From: Nitrospirota bacterium
Lineage (GTDB): Bacteria; Nitrospirota; UBA9217
NCBI GenBank assembly: GCA_963818475.1
Contig: CAWFSF010000006.1
Span: forward strand, 992,001 to 1,056,000
DNA length: 64,000 nt
Reading direction: 5' to 3'
A program made the translations under genes and the position numbers. Shown here one piece after another: positions 61,236 through 64,000 of the stretch. Numbering within the stretch: the first letter of the stretch is position 1; each line of letters starts with the position of its first letter. Under the pieces are notes generated by a model. The model was not told where the DNA came from. It did not search any database and saw only the letters and a program-made list of their open reading frames with translations.

Positions 61236-63576
61236 GCTCGAATTCCTTTGGGTTTTTGTTTGGCAGGCTCTTCGTTGTAATGTCCATAACCGTAATAATA
61301 TCCATAGCGGTAATATTTTTCACCGTAGTAGCCGTACTTCTGGAGCCCCTCTTCCGACTTATCGTTCAGCACGACACCCGCAATGGGAGCGCCTGCATTC
61401 TGAAGCAGTTCTTTCGCATGGACCGCCGCCTTGATCGGCACTCTGCCGAGTTCCAGGACCATGAATACCATATCGGTCATGCTTGAGAGCAGAAGCGCAT
61501 CCGTGACCGCCAGGACCGGAGGTGCATCAAGGAGAATAACGTCGTAACGATCTCTGAACGTCTGGAGCATGTTTTTCATTTTGTCCGAACCGAGCAATTC
61601 TGCGGGATTGGGGGGCGTCGTTCCTGCGCTGATAAAATCGAGTCCCGGGATCTCGGTATTATGAATAATGGCATCCATATTGGTGTCCCCAGCCAGAAGT
61701 TCCGTCAGCCCTGGTGATTTTGTTATGCCCATAGAGTTTGTGCATGGAGGGGCGCCGCAGATCGCAGTCGAGCAAAAGCACTTTCGCGCCGGTCTGGCTC
61801 AGGATGATGGCCAGGTTGCCGATGATGGTTGACTTGCCCTCATAGGGCAATGAACTCGTGACCATCATCACTTGTCTTTTTTTGCTGATACCGGAGAAGT
61901 GGATGCTGGTCCGGAGACTTCTGAAGGCTTCAGAGATCGATGACTTCGGCTCATAGTGGGTAATGAGCGAAGCGTGTTTTTCATTGTCTCCGCCACCTTC
62001 TGCTGCTGGGATACGTGGGATGACGGCAAGGATGGGAAGATTAAGCTCACGTTTGACAATGTCCGCATCTTTGATGGTATTATCAAGATAATCCTTGGTA
62101 AATGCGACGAACATGCCCGACATCCCTGCGGATAAAAAGCCCAGGATGAGATAAAGAGGGATCTTCGGTTTGATGGGATTTTCCGGCGTGACAGCGGGAT
62201 CTACGATGTCGATATTACTGATGGTCGAGGCTTTCGCAATATTGGTCTCTTCCCGCTTTTGAAGCAAAAACGTGTAAATATCGGCATTTACCTTGAAAAA
62301 CCTGGTTAGGCGCGCCAGCTCCCGTTCTGTCGAAGGAAGTTTTCTCATTTTTGCTTCGTAAATGCCAAGCTGTCGGGTGTAATCCTTTTCCTGTTTGACG
62401 AGGTTCCGGAAACTGGTGTCGTAGGTCATGCCGATCTTGTGCTGCAGTTCATTGATCTGTTCCTGGACCGACTTCACCAGAGGATGGGTGACAGTATAAT
62501 CGTTGAGCAGCGCCTGCTTCTGGATCTCGAGGTCCGCCAGTCTGGATGCTATGCCGGCGATGAGCGGGTCCTGCCTGAATACGACCGGTGAATAGGTCTC
62601 GTTTTTGCTTGCGGCATTCTTAAGCGATTCCAGGGAAAATTCCGCTTGTTTTTTCTGGATTGTAATGCTGGCCCGCTCCTTTTCCGTGTCAGAGAGTTTT
62701 TCTATCAGAGCCAGAACTTCTGTATCCAGTTGCATCACCCCGGTGGTCCGTTTAAATGTCTCCAGGTTCCGTTCGGCAAGTTCCAGGTCCTGCTTTCACT
62801 TTCTCAAGCTGCTGTTCAAGGAACAGGACGGTCCTGTTCGCCTCCTCAGCCTTAAAACTGATCGTCTGCTCGAGATAGGACTGCACCAGATTGTTGACCA
62901 CATCCCGCGCCAGCTCCGGATCGGTGTCTTTGTATGACAGCTTGATGATGTTGGTCTGTTTCGGGCTTTCTTCAGCGGTTACATTCTCACGCAGGACATT
63001 GACGGCGGTCCTGAACGGAATAATGTCAATGCGGGCCCGGTCCCCTGTTTCGCCGCGCAGATCTTCGATGAGAAGGGTCAGATTTTCACTTTGAATGAGC
63101 AGACCGCTTTTCCCGTCACCCACGGATTTTTTTTCCATATCCTGGATCCTGTAGGAGCCGGGTCCGGTAATAGTGATGAAATATGTTTTTGCTGCAGGGT
63201 CAGCAGAAAGATCAACGATCTTGAAGGCGGCATTACCCTTCTCAACGGTCATGGCGAACTGCAGATGGAGTCTTTTGGCGACCTTCTCTGCATTTGTCCT
63301 TGATTTAATGATCTCGATTTCCTGAGCTACAGGACTGGTGCTGGTCTGCAGCAGTTCGTCCAATACGGTCCCTTTACCCTTGTCCTCCTTGAGGCGGAGC
63401 GTGGCAGTCGCTTCATAGACCGGATTCATCAAAAACGTATAGGCAGCGACAGCGAGGAATATGGTGAGAAAGGTGATCGTAAACGCTTTTCTGCGGCGGA
63501 TCAGGGCACTGATGTAATCCTGAAGATTGATCACATCGTCCTGGTTGAAGGGGTCGTTCGTGTTGATATTTTGCAT
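61208..63576 (-). CDS. wzc: Wzc polysaccharide co-polymerase / tyrosine kinase (frameshifts near 62770 and 61730)
   Basis: Wzz N-terminus, EAFR.LRT, EGKS, D.DLRRP, DAPP, C-terminal Tyr cluster; spread over three ORFs. Confidence 0.93.
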
Positions 63577-63632
63577 GGAGTCCTTAGATCGAGGCTATCT
63601 TGTTGCCGTGATTTAACGCCGAGATGTTCAGC

Positions 63633-64000
63633 TTAGTCATAATTTCTATTAAGAAACTTGATCTGGACAAAGGGTTGCAATATGGCGCTTACGGTGTGAA
63701 GTGATGGAAGGATCTCTGCAAGGGCGTCGTTCCAGTTGCCGAACCGGTTCTTCGGCACATAAATGATGTCCCCGTCCCTCAAGGGGAACGGCAGTGCGTC
63801 GCCTTGAAGGATCTTCTCGAAATCAACGACGAGCAGTTCGCCCTGGGTTGCCGAGAGAGACCTTATGATGCGCACATGGTTCAGATCATAGTAGGAGTCC
63901 CGCAGCTCTGACGTGGCAATGGCCTGGGCCAGGTTCAAACCGTTCTGCATCATGGGGACCGGGCCGGGCCGTTTTACCGCGCCGAAGATGAACACCTGCT
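63633..64000 (-). CDS. wza: Wza-type polysaccharide export protein (5' part outside window)
   Basis: V.IFGAVKRPG SLBB domain, L..GDIIYVP, C-terminal amphipathic helix. Confidence 0.85.
   Translation of the reverse strand, partial: QVFIFGAVKRPGPVPMMQNGLNLAQAIATSELRDSYYDLNHVRIIRSLSATQGELLVVDFEKILQGDALPFPLRDGDIIYVPKNRFGNWNDALAEILPSLHTVSAILQPFVQIKFLNRNYD

Overview
Bacterial chromosomal window of moderate GC. The gene set (futalosine menaquinone pathway, DUF4388/PilT, fur-feoB-DtxR/FeoA) suggests Nitrospirota or a Deltaproteobacteria-like lineage, which is inference only. The left half is mostly + strand housekeeping: rplU-rpmA-obgE-proB-proA-nadD-rsfS-rlmH-lapB-gpmI-comF, fur-[IS630]-feoB, miaB-mtaB. 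The right half is entirely - strand: mqnE/mqnC, then a >25 kb Wzx/Wzy exopolysaccharide locus with two sulfotransferases, four hexapeptide acyltransferases, a GNAT, a methyltransferase, a deacetylase and a GH5. A canonical XerC/D dif site lies at 38290-38317, so this is probably the replication terminus. Main finding: a ~1.24 kb element integrated at dif between 22-bp direct repeats. It carries a rolling-circle dso-like hairpin plus a partial second copy, an IHF site, an inovirus-type repressor and one unknown ORF, but no Rep, integrase or capsid gene, so it is a candidate minimal Xer-exploiting satellite. Other observations: IS630 inserted in the fur stop codon, a GH39 cargo flanked by a duplicated gene 3' end, a DnaA-box array near dif, three probable leaderless genes, intergenic repeat hairpins, and LysM and AsnB remnants. 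Many single-base frameshifts are probably long-read errors. No rRNA, tRNA or CRISPR array was recognised.
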